Shown: positions 31,271 through 40,006 of the stretch, piece after piece | Position numbering within the stretch: position 1 is the stretch's first letter | Layout: every line of letters starts with the position of its first letter | NCBI GenBank assembly: GCA_036520275.1 | Contig: DATDJX010000444.1 | Span: 1-56,871, forward strand | Length of the DNA: 56,871 nucleotides | Direction of reading: 5' to 3' | DNA from: Asanoa sp. | GTDB taxonomy: Bacteria > Actinomycetota > Actinomycetes > Mycobacteriales > Micromonosporaceae | The notes under the pieces: model-generated | What the model was told of the DNA's origin: nothing | Seen by the model: only the letters and a program-made list of their open reading frames with translations | The model's database searches: none | Made by a program: the position numbers and the translations under genes

Positions 31271-31941
31271 TGCGGGTCCTGCTGTGCAACTACCACATCC
31301 TCTTGGCGGAGGTGCTCGCTCACGTGTTGACGGCGCGGGGACGCGAGGTCGTGGCGGTGGCGCGGACGGTCGACGAGGCCACCGCCGTGCTACGGGAGCA
31401 CCGGGTCGACGTCCTGCTCCTCGACGTCGCGTCCGGGGTGGACCGCCCGCTTGACCGGCTGGCGGAGGTGCGCCGGGTGGCGGCCGGCACCTCCATCGTC
31501 CTGCTCGCGGAGGACGCCGACCCGACGCTGATCCGGGTCGCGCGCGCGGCGGGCGCCAGCGCGATCGCCGACAAGCACAAGCCGGTCAACGACATCATCG
31601 GCCTGCTGGACCGGGTGTACGCGGGTGAACCGGTGTGGCCCGACCCGGCGCCGGTGGGGCCGCGCACCCCCACCAGGTGCCGCCGCGCCACGGACGACGT
31701 GCACCGCCTCGCCGCGTTTCTTACGCCACGGGAACGCCAGGTGCTCAGCGCCTTGGTGTGCGGCGGCGACACCCGGAAGGTGGCCCGTTCGCTCGGCATC
31801 GCGACTGCCACCGCGAGGTGCCACATTCAGTGCGTGCTGACGAAGATGGGCGCGCACTCCCGGTTGGAGGTCGCGACGGCGGCGGTCCGGCACGGCATGG
31901 TGGATCCGAAGACCGGCGAGTGGCTGATCGCGGTCCGGTAG
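31270..31941 (+). CDS. NarL-family response regulator with an atypical acidic pocket
   Basis: VLLCNYH instead of DD, LLLD retained; LTPRE HTH; TGATG-coupled to the kinase. Confidence 0.85.
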   Translation: MRVLLCNYHILLAEVLAHVLTARGREVVAVARTVDEATAVLREHRVDVLLLDVASGVDRPLDRLAEVRRVAAGTSIVLLAEDADPTLIRVARAAGASAIADKHKPVNDIIGLLDRVYAGEPVWPDPAPVGPRTPTRCRRATDDVHRLAAFLTPRERQVLSALVCGGDTRKVARSLGIATATARCHIQCVLTKMGAHSRLEVATAAVRHGMVDPKTGEWLIAVR

Positions 31942-32081
31942 GCGGCAACCAACGAGTAACATCCGCCGGCGGCCCAGCGCTGATATATATGGGGCGCCCC
32001 CGATCGCCACCCCCATACGCGGCCGGGGGCGCAGCCGTCCGGCCGCCCGTTCACCGAGCAGTCCGGGGCCACCGGCCCGCC

Positions 32082-33035
32082 TCACCGGGACGGGTCGAGC
32101 ACCAGCTTTCCGGTGGTGCGGCGCGAGCGCAGGTCCTCGTGCGCCTTGCGGGCCTGCGACAGCGGATACTCCCCGCCGGCTACGGCACGCAACGCGCCCG
32201 TCGAGGCGAGGTCGAACAGCTCCGCCATCGCGCGCGGCACCAGGCCGGGCGCCCGGTAGGCGTGCGGCAGCCACATACCGGCGACAGTCGTGGAATGGGC
32301 CAGGAGGTTGGCCGGTGCCACCGGCTTCGGCGGCTGGCGGTTGGCCATTCCGTAGAAGGCCAGCCGTCCGAGCGGTGCCAGCGCCGCCAGGCTCTGATCG
32401 GTCACCCGGCCGCCGGTCATGTCCAGCACCACGTCGACCTTGCGGCCGCGGTTGGCCTCCCGCAGCGTCGCGGTCATGTCCGCCGCCTCGGCGTCCACGG
32501 CCACGTCCGCGCCGAGCGAGAGCGCGACGTCGCGCTTCGCCGGCGAGCTGGCGGTCGCGATCACCCGCCCGGCGCCCCACGCCTTTGCCAGCTGCACCGC
32601 GAGGCTGCCGACCCCGCCGGCCGCCGCGTGCACGACGACGCTCTCACCGGGCTCGAGATGCGCGCTGCGGCGCAGCAACAGCCACGCCGTGAGGCCCTGC
32701 ACCACCACGGCCAGCGCGGTCACGTCGTCGACCGCGTCGGGCACCTCGAACGCGGACTCCGGGTCGGCGACGGCCCGCTCCGCGTAGCCGCCGCCGGCCA
32801 GCATGGCGACCACCCGCCGCCCGTCCGCGGTGCGCCCGACCACCTCCCCGCCGGGGATCATCGGCAACGTCGTGGGGGACAGGTACGAGTTCTCGGCCTG
32901 GTGGGTGTCGGCGTAGTTGACCCCCGCCCGGTCGACGGAGACGAGCAGCCGCCCCGGGCCGGGCACCGGTTCCGGGACGTCGGTCGCGACGAGGACCTCC
33001 GGGCCGCCGAACTCGGTGACGACGATCGCGCGCAT
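32082..33035 (-). CDS. NADPH:quinone oxidoreductase (zeta-crystallin/MDR family)
   Basis: GGPEVL, GVNYAD, HAAAGGVG, TTGKLVL. Confidence 0.9.
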   Translation of the reverse strand: MRAIVVTEFGGPEVLVATDVPEPVPGPGRLLVSVDRAGVNYADTHQAENSYLSPTTLPMIPGGEVVGRTADGRRVVAMLAGGGYAERAVADPESAFEVPDAVDDVTALAVVVQGLTAWLLLRRSAHLEPGESVVVHAAAGGVGSLAVQLAKAWGAGRVIATASSPAKRDVALSLGADVAVDAEAADMTATLREANRGRKVDVVLDMTGGRVTDQSLAALAPLGRLAFYGMANRQPPKPVAPANLLAHSTTVAGMWLPHAYRAPGLVPRAMAELFDLASTGALRAVAGGEYPLSQARKAHEDLRSRRTTGKLVLDPSR

Positions 33036-33040
33036 GTCGC

Positions 33041-33805
33041 CTACCCTTCCAGGCGCGCGCCGGCCGCGCGAACCCCGGGCACCCGGGGGAACCGGAACGG
33101 TTCGGCCCGGCGCCCGAACTGCACGAACCAGCATTCGCCGGTTCGGTCGCCGAACAGCGCGGCGAGGAACGCGTCGACGACCGCGTCGACGGGCATCAAC
33201 GGCATACCCTCCTCGGCCAGCGAGCGGCGCAGCGGGTCGACCATCTTCGTGTCGGTGAAGCCGGGGCATAGCGCGTTGACCCGGATGCGGTCGGCCGCCC
33301 ACGCCGGCCCGAGCGCGCGCACCAGCCCCACGACGGCGGCCTTGCCCGCCGAGTAGATCGGATCCAGCGGCGCCGGGTCGAGGCCGGCGAGGCTGGCGGT
33401 GGCGATGATGTCGCCGCCGCCACGGGCGCGCAGTGCCGGCCGCGCGGCGTGCGCGCCGAACACCGGGCCGTCGACGTTGACCGCCATCGCCCGGCGGTAG
33501 CGGGCGGTCGAGAAGTCGGGGTCGTAGCCGGTGCTCACACCGGCGTTGAGCGCGACGACGTCGAGGCCACCGTAGGTCTCGACGGCCGACGCCACCGCCG
33601 AGACGTTGTCCTCGAGCCGGCTCACGTCGCACCGCACCGACGAGCCGCCGATCCGGTCCGCGACGGCCGTTGCCGCGGTGACGTCCAGGTCCGCGACCAC
33701 CACCCGGGCGCCGAGCGCGGCCAGCCGCGCCGCGAGGGCCGCGCCGATGCCGCGTCCACCGCCCGTCACCAGGGCGACCGAGCCGTCGATCCGGTTCGCG
33801 TCCAC
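33041..33805 (-). CDS. Short-chain dehydrogenase/reductase
   Basis: TGGGRGIG, NAG, YSAGK, VNALCPG. Confidence 0.92.
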   Translation of the reverse strand: MDANRIDGSVALVTGGGRGIGAALAARLAALGARVVVADLDVTAATAVADRIGGSSVRCDVSRLEDNVSAVASAVETYGGLDVVALNAGVSTGYDPDFSTARYRRAMAVNVDGPVFGAHAARPALRARGGGDIIATASLAGLDPAPLDPIYSAGKAAVVGLVRALGPAWAADRIRVNALCPGFTDTKMVDPLRRSLAEEGMPLMPVDAVVDAFLAALFGDRTGECWFVQFGRRAEPFRFPRVPGVRAAGARLEG

Positions 33806-33808
33806 CGC

Positions 33809-34897
33809 TCAGCCCGGCAGGTCGACAAGTGCGGCCAGCGCCGCCCGGTGCCGTTGCGCCGTGCCGAGCGCGATCGCCGCGCTCTTGGCCCGCTTCAGGT
33901 ACAGGTGCGCCGGGTGTTCCCAGGTGAACCCGACCCCGCCGTGCATCTGGACGCATTCCTCGGCCGCCCGCACGGCGACGGGGGAGCAGTGCGCCTGCGC
34001 GACCGCGACGGCGACCGGCGCGTCCGGGTCGCCGTCGGTGACACACCCGGCGGCGTAACGGGCGGCGGCACGCGCCTGCGTGATCGCCACCCACAGCTCC
34101 GCGAGCCGGTGCTTCAGCCCTTGGTACGCGCCCACCGGCCGGCCGAACTGGTGGCGGACCTTGAGGTGGGCCACCGTGGCGTCCAGGCACCAGGCGGCGA
34201 CGCCCACCTGCTCGGCGGCGAGCAGCACGGCACCGACCCGCAACGCCGCCCGCCAGCAGGGTGCGACCGTGTCGGTACCGGCCAGAGGCCGGGCGGGCGC
34301 GGAGTCGAACGCCACGTCGCACAGCCGCCGGGTCAGGTCCAACGTGGTCCGGGCCACCAGCCGGGCGTCGGCGGCGTCGACCGCCCACAGTCCGTCGACG
34401 GTCGGCACGACGAGCAGGTCGGCGGCGAGCGCGTCGGCGACGCCCGTGACCACGCCGGTCACGGCGCCGTGCGCGGCGGTCACCGTGGCCGGCACCGGCG
34501 TCGCGGGCGGTGTCGCCAGCGGGAGCACCAACACGGCCGTCGTGTCGCCCGCGGCCACCGCGGCGAGCAGGCCGTCGGGCGCGCCGTCGTCGACCGCCGC
34601 GAGCAGCGCCGCCGTGGCCATTGCGGCGCCGAGATGGGGCACCGGCGCCACGGCTCGGCCGAGCTCCTCGGCCACCACAGCGGCCTCCCGCCACGACGCG
34701 CCGGAACCGTTGAGCTTCTCCGGCACGGCCAGCCCGGCGCACCCGACGTCCGTGGCGAGGGCCCGCCACAACGCCGGGTCGTACGCCTCGGCGCCGCCGA
34801 CCCGGGCCAGCACGGCGGTCCACGGGCTGCGCTCGTCGAGCAGCCGCCGCACCGCCGAGCGCAGCTCCTCCTCGACGTCGCTGTACAGGAGCGTCAT
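33809..34897 (-). CDS. Acyl-CoA dehydrogenase (short, beta-subunit-like)
   Basis: RHQFGRPVG, QMHGGVGFTWEH; lacks the SEP FAD-binding motif. Confidence 0.88.
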   Translation of the reverse strand: MTLLYSDVEEELRSAVRRLLDERSPWTAVLARVGGAEAYDPALWRALATDVGCAGLAVPEKLNGSGASWREAAVVAEELGRAVAPVPHLGAAMATAALLAAVDDGAPDGLLAAVAAGDTTAVLVLPLATPPATPVPATVTAAHGAVTGVVTGVADALAADLLVVPTVDGLWAVDAADARLVARTTLDLTRRLCDVAFDSAPARPLAGTDTVAPCWRAALRVGAVLLAAEQVGVAAWCLDATVAHLKVRHQFGRPVGAYQGLKHRLAELWVAITQARAAARYAAGCVTDGDPDAPVAVAVAQAHCSPVAVRAAEECVQMHGGVGFTWEHPAHLYLKRAKSAAIALGTAQRHRAALAALVDLPG

Positions 34898-36078
34898 CGT
34901 GGCAGCTCCTTCCACGGCACGTCGACGTCGACGCGGATCTCCGGCGGCAGGCCCAGCACGCGTTCGGCGATGATGTTGGCGAGGATCTCCGACGTGCCGC
35001 CCTCGATCGAGTTGCCCTTGGCGCGCAGGTACCGGTATCCGGGCGAGCGGTACTGCCAGTCCACGATGGAAGGCCGCCGCATCGTCCAGTCGTCGTAGTA
35101 CAGGCCCTCATCGCCCAACAGCTCCAGCTCGAAGCCGGAGATCTCCTGGTTGAGCCGGGCGTATGCGAACTTCGCCGCGGAGCCCTCGGCTCCCGGCTGG
35201 CCCGCGGCGAGCTGCTCGCGCAGCCGTTGCCCTGCCAACCGGGCGACCTCCGCCGCCACCCACAGGCGCATCAGCGCGTCGTGCTGCCCGCTGGTGCGCA
35301 GCTCCGGCCGGGCCCGCCAGGTCGACGCCACCACCCCGATCATGCCGGACTCGCGGGGCGCCGCGCCACCGCCGATCGCGACCCGCTCGTTCATCAGGGT
35401 CGTGCGCGCGACGCGCCAGCCGTCGCCGACCTCGCCGAGGCGGAGGGTGTCCGGCAGCCGCACGTCGGTCAGGAACACCTCGTTGAACTCGGCCTCGCCG
35501 GTGATCTGACGCAGCGGTCGCACCTCGACGCCCGGCGCCCGCATGTCGCAAACGAAGTACGTGATGCCGCGGTGCTTGGGCACGTCCGGGTCGGTGCGCG
35601 CGATGAGGATGCCCCATCGGGCCTCGTGCGCCATCGACGTCCACACCTTCTGGCCGGTCACGGTCCAGTCGTCGCCGTTGCGGACGGCGCGGGTCGCGAG
35701 CGCGGCGAGGTCGGACCCGGCACCGGGCTCGCTGAAGAGCTGGCACCAGACCTCCTCTCCGGTCCACAACGGCCGCAGGAACCGTTCCCGTTGGGCGTCG
35801 GAGCCGTGCCGCAGGATGGTCGGCGCCGCCATGCCCAGCCCGATCCCGATGCGCAGCGGCTCGTTGTCGGGAGCGCCGGCCGCCGCGAACGCGTCGTCGA
35901 CCTCCGGTTGCAGCGCGCGCGGCGCGCCGAGGCCGCCCAGCCCTTCCGGGAAGGCGACCCAGGCGAGCCCGGCGTCGAACCGGGCCCGCAGGAACGCCAG
36001 CCGATCACCGGCGGCGTCGTGGTCGGCGAGGAACCTCCGCACCCGATCGCGCAGCTCAGGGGCGTCCATCGGGGTCAC
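34894..36078 (-). CDS. Acyl-CoA dehydrogenase (alpha-subunit-like)
   Basis: WCQLFSEPGAGSDLA, GQKVWTS, FNEVF, IEGGTSEI. Confidence 0.92.
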   Translation of the reverse strand: MTPMDAPELRDRVRRFLADHDAAGDRLAFLRARFDAGLAWVAFPEGLGGLGAPRALQPEVDDAFAAAGAPDNEPLRIGIGLGMAAPTILRHGSDAQRERFLRPLWTGEEVWCQLFSEPGAGSDLAALATRAVRNGDDWTVTGQKVWTSMAHEARWGILIARTDPDVPKHRGITYFVCDMRAPGVEVRPLRQITGEAEFNEVFLTDVRLPDTLRLGEVGDGWRVARTTLMNERVAIGGGAAPRESGMIGVVASTWRARPELRTSGQHDALMRLWVAAEVARLAGQRLREQLAAGQPGAEGSAAKFAYARLNQEISGFELELLGDEGLYYDDWTMRRPSIVDWQYRSPGYRYLRAKGNSIEGGTSEILANIIAERVLGLPPEIRVDVDVPWKELPR

Positions 36079-37726
36079 CCTCGTAGAGCCGGGCGATGAC
36101 CGCGGCGTGGTTGGCGTGCACGGCGGCGCGCTTCACCTTGAGGGTCGGTGTCAGCTCGCCGTGGTCCTGGGTCAGGTCGCGGTCGAGGACGGCGAACCGC
36201 TTGACCTGGGCCGCCCGGGCGTACCGGGCGTTCGCGTCGTCCACCACCGCCTGGAGCAGCCTGCGCACCTCCGCGGAGCCGGCGAGCGCGGCCGGGTCGG
36301 GCGCCATCCCGCGCTCCCGCGCCCACGGCACGATCTCTTCGAGATCCAGGGTCAGCAGCGCCACGGGGTACGGTCGGCGGTCGCCGTACACGATCGCATG
36401 TGAGATCCAGCGCGACTGCCGTAGGTCGTTCTCCAGGTTGGCCGGGGCGATGTTCTTGCCGCCGGCGGTGATGATGACGTCCTTCTTGCGCCCGGTGATG
36501 GTGAGGAACCCGTCGGCGTCCAGCGCGCCGAGGTCGCCGGTGTGCACCCATCCGTCGACAAGGACCTCCGCGGTCGCGTCCGGGTCGCGCCAGTAGCCGG
36601 CGAACACGTGCGGCCCGCTCATCAGCACCTCACCGTCGTCCGCGATGCGGATGCGCGTTCCGGGCGCCGCGACGCCGACCGTGCCCAGCCGGTGGTGGTC
36701 GAGCAGGTTGACCGTGCCGACGCCGGTCGTCTCGGTCATGCCGTAGCCCTCGAGCACCGGAACTCCGGCCGCGGCGAAGAACTCGAGCACGGCGGGCGAG
36801 ATCGGCGCGGCACCGCTGAGTGCCATTCGCAGCCGACCGCCGAAGATCCCGCGTACGGCGGCGGACAGCGCCGCGGGATCGCCGGCGCCGCCGGCGCCCA
36901 GTGCGGTGTAGAGCTTCTCGAAGATCCGCGGCACCGATGGCAGGAACGTCGGCGCGACCTCGGCGAGCTCCGGCACGACCCGGCGCAGGTCGCCGCCGAA
37001 GTAGGCCAGCGTCGCGCCCGCGTCGAGGCAGGCGAACTGGGTGATCTGGGCGAACACGTGGGCCAGCGGGAGGAAGAGATAGACCACGTCGCCGCGGCGG
37101 ACGTATGCCGTGCGTTCGTTGATCTCGCACAGCGTCAACCAGTTGCGGTGGGTCAGCACGCAACCCTTCGGCGGCCCCGTCGTGCCGGACGTGTAGATGA
37201 TCTGGGCCGGGTCGTCGGGGGAGACCGCCGCGCGGCGGCGCACCAGCTCACCATCCACATCGGACGACGCGGTCGCGGCCAGACGGGACAGCCCGCCGTC
37301 CGCGATCAGGACCGTGCCGGCGAGATCCGGTAGCCGGTCGCGCACCCGCTCCACCTTCGCGAGCTGGCCGGCGTCCGCACAGACCACCAGTCGCGCGCCG
37401 GAGTTGCCGATCACCCACGCGCACTCCTGCGCCGAGCTCGACGGGTATATCGGCACCAGCACCCCACCGGCCGCGAGCACGGCGAGCCCGGCGTACGTCC
37501 ACTCCGGAGACGTCTCGGCCAGCACACACACCCGGTCGCCGGGCGCGACGCCCGCCGCGACGAAGCCGCGGGCCACCTCCCGCACCCTGGCGGCGAGGTC
37601 GGCGAAGGACTCGTCGACCCAGGCGCCGTCGCGCCGCCCGCGCAGCGCCGGTCGGTCTGCGTACTCCTGCGCGGCGGCGAACGGCAGGTCGCCGATGCCG
37701 CACACCCGCTCGCGCAGGGCCGTCAT
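36056..37726 (-). CDS. Long-chain fatty-acid-CoA ligase (AMP-binding)
   Basis: YTSGTTGPPKG, EGYGMTE, HTGDLG, GRKKD, ELTPTLKVKR. Confidence 0.92.
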   Translation of the reverse strand: MTALRERVCGIGDLPFAAAQEYADRPALRGRRDGAWVDESFADLAARVREVARGFVAAGVAPGDRVCVLAETSPEWTYAGLAVLAAGGVLVPIYPSSSAQECAWVIGNSGARLVVCADAGQLAKVERVRDRLPDLAGTVLIADGGLSRLAATASSDVDGELVRRRAAVSPDDPAQIIYTSGTTGPPKGCVLTHRNWLTLCEINERTAYVRRGDVVYLFLPLAHVFAQITQFACLDAGATLAYFGGDLRRVVPELAEVAPTFLPSVPRIFEKLYTALGAGGAGDPAALSAAVRGIFGGRLRMALSGAAPISPAVLEFFAAAGVPVLEGYGMTETTGVGTVNLLDHHRLGTVGVAAPGTRIRIADDGEVLMSGPHVFAGYWRDPDATAEVLVDGWVHTGDLGALDADGFLTITGRKKDVIITAGGKNIAPANLENDLRQSRWISHAIVYGDRRPYPVALLTLDLEEIVPWARERGMAPDPAALAGSAEVRRLLQAVVDDANARYARAAQVKRFAVLDRDLTQDHGELTPTLKVKRAAVHANHAAVIARLYEGDPDGRP

Positions 37727-39954
37727 GACGCGACCGCCGGGGCCACCTGGACCGGCACGCCGTTGAGCACGGCGGTGCCCGACAGCGGGTCGACCTGCAC
37801 GTCGTCGGTGAGGATGTTGCTGTTGACGCCGGCGTGCCGCCGGGCGACGGACAGTTCGGCCCCGGGCCGGTCGTGGCCCCAGCCGTGCGGGATGCTCACC
37901 ACGCCCGGCGCGATGTCGTCGCTGACCTCGACCGGCAGCTGCACCGAGCCGACCCGGGAGGTCACCCGGGCGCGACCACCGGCGACCAGCCCGAGCCGCC
38001 CGGCGTCGGCGCGGTTGACCACGATCGTGCACAGGTCCCGACCCTTGACCAGGGACGGCACGTTGTGCATCCACGAGTTGTTGGAGCGTAGGTGCCGGCG
38101 GCCGACCACCACGAACTCCCCGTCACCGGCGGACGCCGGGGCCTCGGCCAACCGCCGGACCTCGTGCGCGATGGGTTCGGGGCACAGCTCGACCTTGCCG
38201 GACGGCGTGCGGAGCACCTCCGGCAGGCGCGGCCGCAACGGGCCCAGATCGATGCCGTGCGGGTGGTCGCGCAGCCGGGCCAGCGACAGCCCCTCGGGCG
38301 CCCGGCCGAACCAGTCGCCGTACGGGCCGGTGCGCAGCCGCAGGTCAAGGATGCGTTCGGCGTGGGTGCCGCCGTCCAGCTCGGCCCGCAGCGCGCCGAC
38401 GTCGGTGCCGTGCACGGGGCTGGACGCGTTGCCGGCCAACGCCTCCAGCGCGGTGCGCAGATCGCCTTCGGCCACGGCGTCGAGATCCGCGTCCGGGCCG
38501 AGGCCGGTCAGCACCGCGATCAGCCGGGCGAAGATGTCGCACTCGTCGACCGCGCCGGGCTCCGGGGGTACGGCCGGCGGGGAGAAGTTCGCGACGTTGC
38601 GTACCGAAAGGTTATAGAAGGCGAGGTCGTAGTGCGCCTGCCGGCTCGGCGGCGGTGGCGGCAGGATGACGTCGGCGTGCCGGGTGGTCTCGTTGACGTA
38701 GGGGTCCACGCAGACGACGAAGTCGAGCCCCGCGACCGCCCGGTCCAGCCGGTCGGCATTCGGGACGGACACCACCGGGTTGCCGGCGACCGTGACGAGC
38801 GCCCGGACCTGGCCGGGGCCGGCTGTCTCGATCTCGTCGGCCAGGGTGACCGCGGGAAGCTCGCCGAGCACCTCCGGGAGCCCGCGCACCCGGCTGCGCC
38901 AGCGGCCGACGATGAAGCCCGGACCGCGTCCCGTGCCGCGCCGGCCGTGCGCCGGCAATGGGAACATCGCGCCGCCGGGCCGGTCGAGGTTGCCGGTGAG
39001 CGCGTTGAGCACGTCGACGAGCCAGCTCGTCACCGTGCCCGTCGCGACGGTCGTGGTCCCGATCCGGCCGTACACGGCGGCCCGCGGGGCGGCGGCCAGG
39101 TCGGCGGCGAGCGCGCGGACGGTGTCGGCGTCGACGCCGCAGCGGGGCGCCACCGTGTCCGGGTCGAACGGCGCGACCAGGTCGGCCACGGCGTCGATGC
39201 CGGCCAGGTGTGCGGCGAGCGGCCCGGGCGCCACGAGGTCGCGGGCGAACAGCTCGTGCGCGATGCCCAGCAGCAGGTACGCGTCGGTCCCCGGGCGGAT
39301 CGGCACGTACCGGTCGGCGGCTCGTGCCGTGCGGCTGCGCCGCGGGTCGACGACCGCGAACCGGCCGCCGCGGGCCTGGAGGGCCTTGAGCCGGCCGGGC
39401 GCGTCCGGCACGGTCCACAGGCTGCCGTTGGACGAGTATGGGTCGGCTCCGAGGATCAGCAGGAAGTCGGTGCGGTCGATGTCGGGGACCGGGATCGACA
39501 GCGGATGGCCGAACAGGTAGCCGCACGCCACGTGCTTGGGCATCTGATCCAGGGTGGACGCGGTGAAGACGTTGCGGGAGCCCAGGGCGCGGCGCAGCGC
39601 GCCGGCGTACAGCCCGCCCGCGAGCGTGTGCACGTTCGGGTTGCCCAGGTACAGCGCGACCGCGTCCCGGCCGTGTTCCCCGATCACGCGGGTGAGGCCG
39701 GCGTTTGCGGCGGCGAACGCCGCCGGCCAGCTGGCGGGCGCCAGCGTGCCGTCGCGGCGGACGCGGGGGGTGCGCAGCCGGTCCGGGTCGGCGTCGACCT
39801 GGCCGAGCGACGCGCCCTTCGGGCACAGGAAGCCGCCGCTGAGCACGTCGTCCGGGTCGCCCCGGACGCCGGCGATGGCCCCGGCCTCCACGGTGAGCTC
39901 GAGCCCGCAGGTCGCCTCGCACAGCGGGCACGTCGCGTACGCGGTGTGCGCCAT
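37723..39954 (-). CDS. Molybdopterin-dependent oxidoreductase (DMSO reductase superfamily) with an N-terminal 4Fe-4S site
   Basis: CPLCEATCG...CPKG, VVDPR, GNLDRPGG, NETTRHADVILP, SNNSWMHN. Confidence 0.9.
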   Translation of the reverse strand: MAHTAYATCPLCEATCGLELTVEAGAIAGVRGDPDDVLSGGFLCPKGASLGQVDADPDRLRTPRVRRDGTLAPASWPAAFAAANAGLTRVIGEHGRDAVALYLGNPNVHTLAGGLYAGALRRALGSRNVFTASTLDQMPKHVACGYLFGHPLSIPVPDIDRTDFLLILGADPYSSNGSLWTVPDAPGRLKALQARGGRFAVVDPRRSRTARAADRYVPIRPGTDAYLLLGIAHELFARDLVAPGPLAAHLAGIDAVADLVAPFDPDTVAPRCGVDADTVRALAADLAAAPRAAVYGRIGTTTVATGTVTSWLVDVLNALTGNLDRPGGAMFPLPAHGRRGTGRGPGFIVGRWRSRVRGLPEVLGELPAVTLADEIETAGPGQVRALVTVAGNPVVSVPNADRLDRAVAGLDFVVCVDPYVNETTRHADVILPPPPPSRQAHYDLAFYNLSVRNVANFSPPAVPPEPGAVDECDIFARLIAVLTGLGPDADLDAVAEGDLRTALEALAGNASSPVHGTDVGALRAELDGGTHAERILDLRLRTGPYGDWFGRAPEGLSLARLRDHPHGIDLGPLRPRLPEVLRTPSGKVELCPEPIAHEVRRLAEAPASAGDGEFVVVGRRHLRSNNSWMHNVPSLVKGRDLCTIVVNRADAGRLGLVAGGRARVTSRVGSVQLPVEVSDDIAPGVVSIPHGWGHDRPGAELSVARRHAGVNSNILTDDVQVDPLSGTAVLNGVPVQVAPAVAS

Positions 39955-40006
39955 GACCTACCCTCTCCGGCCGGCTCGGCCCGTGGCAATGCGGGAACCA
40001 CAGCAA

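Noticed and set aside
31942-32081. AT-rich patch and imperfect hairpin between convergent genes as an ncRNA
   Set aside because: At most a weak bidirectional terminator; no recognisable RNA family
37723-39954. Selenocysteine-containing formate dehydrogenase
   Set aside because: No in-frame TGA, no FDH active-site motif and no partner subunits
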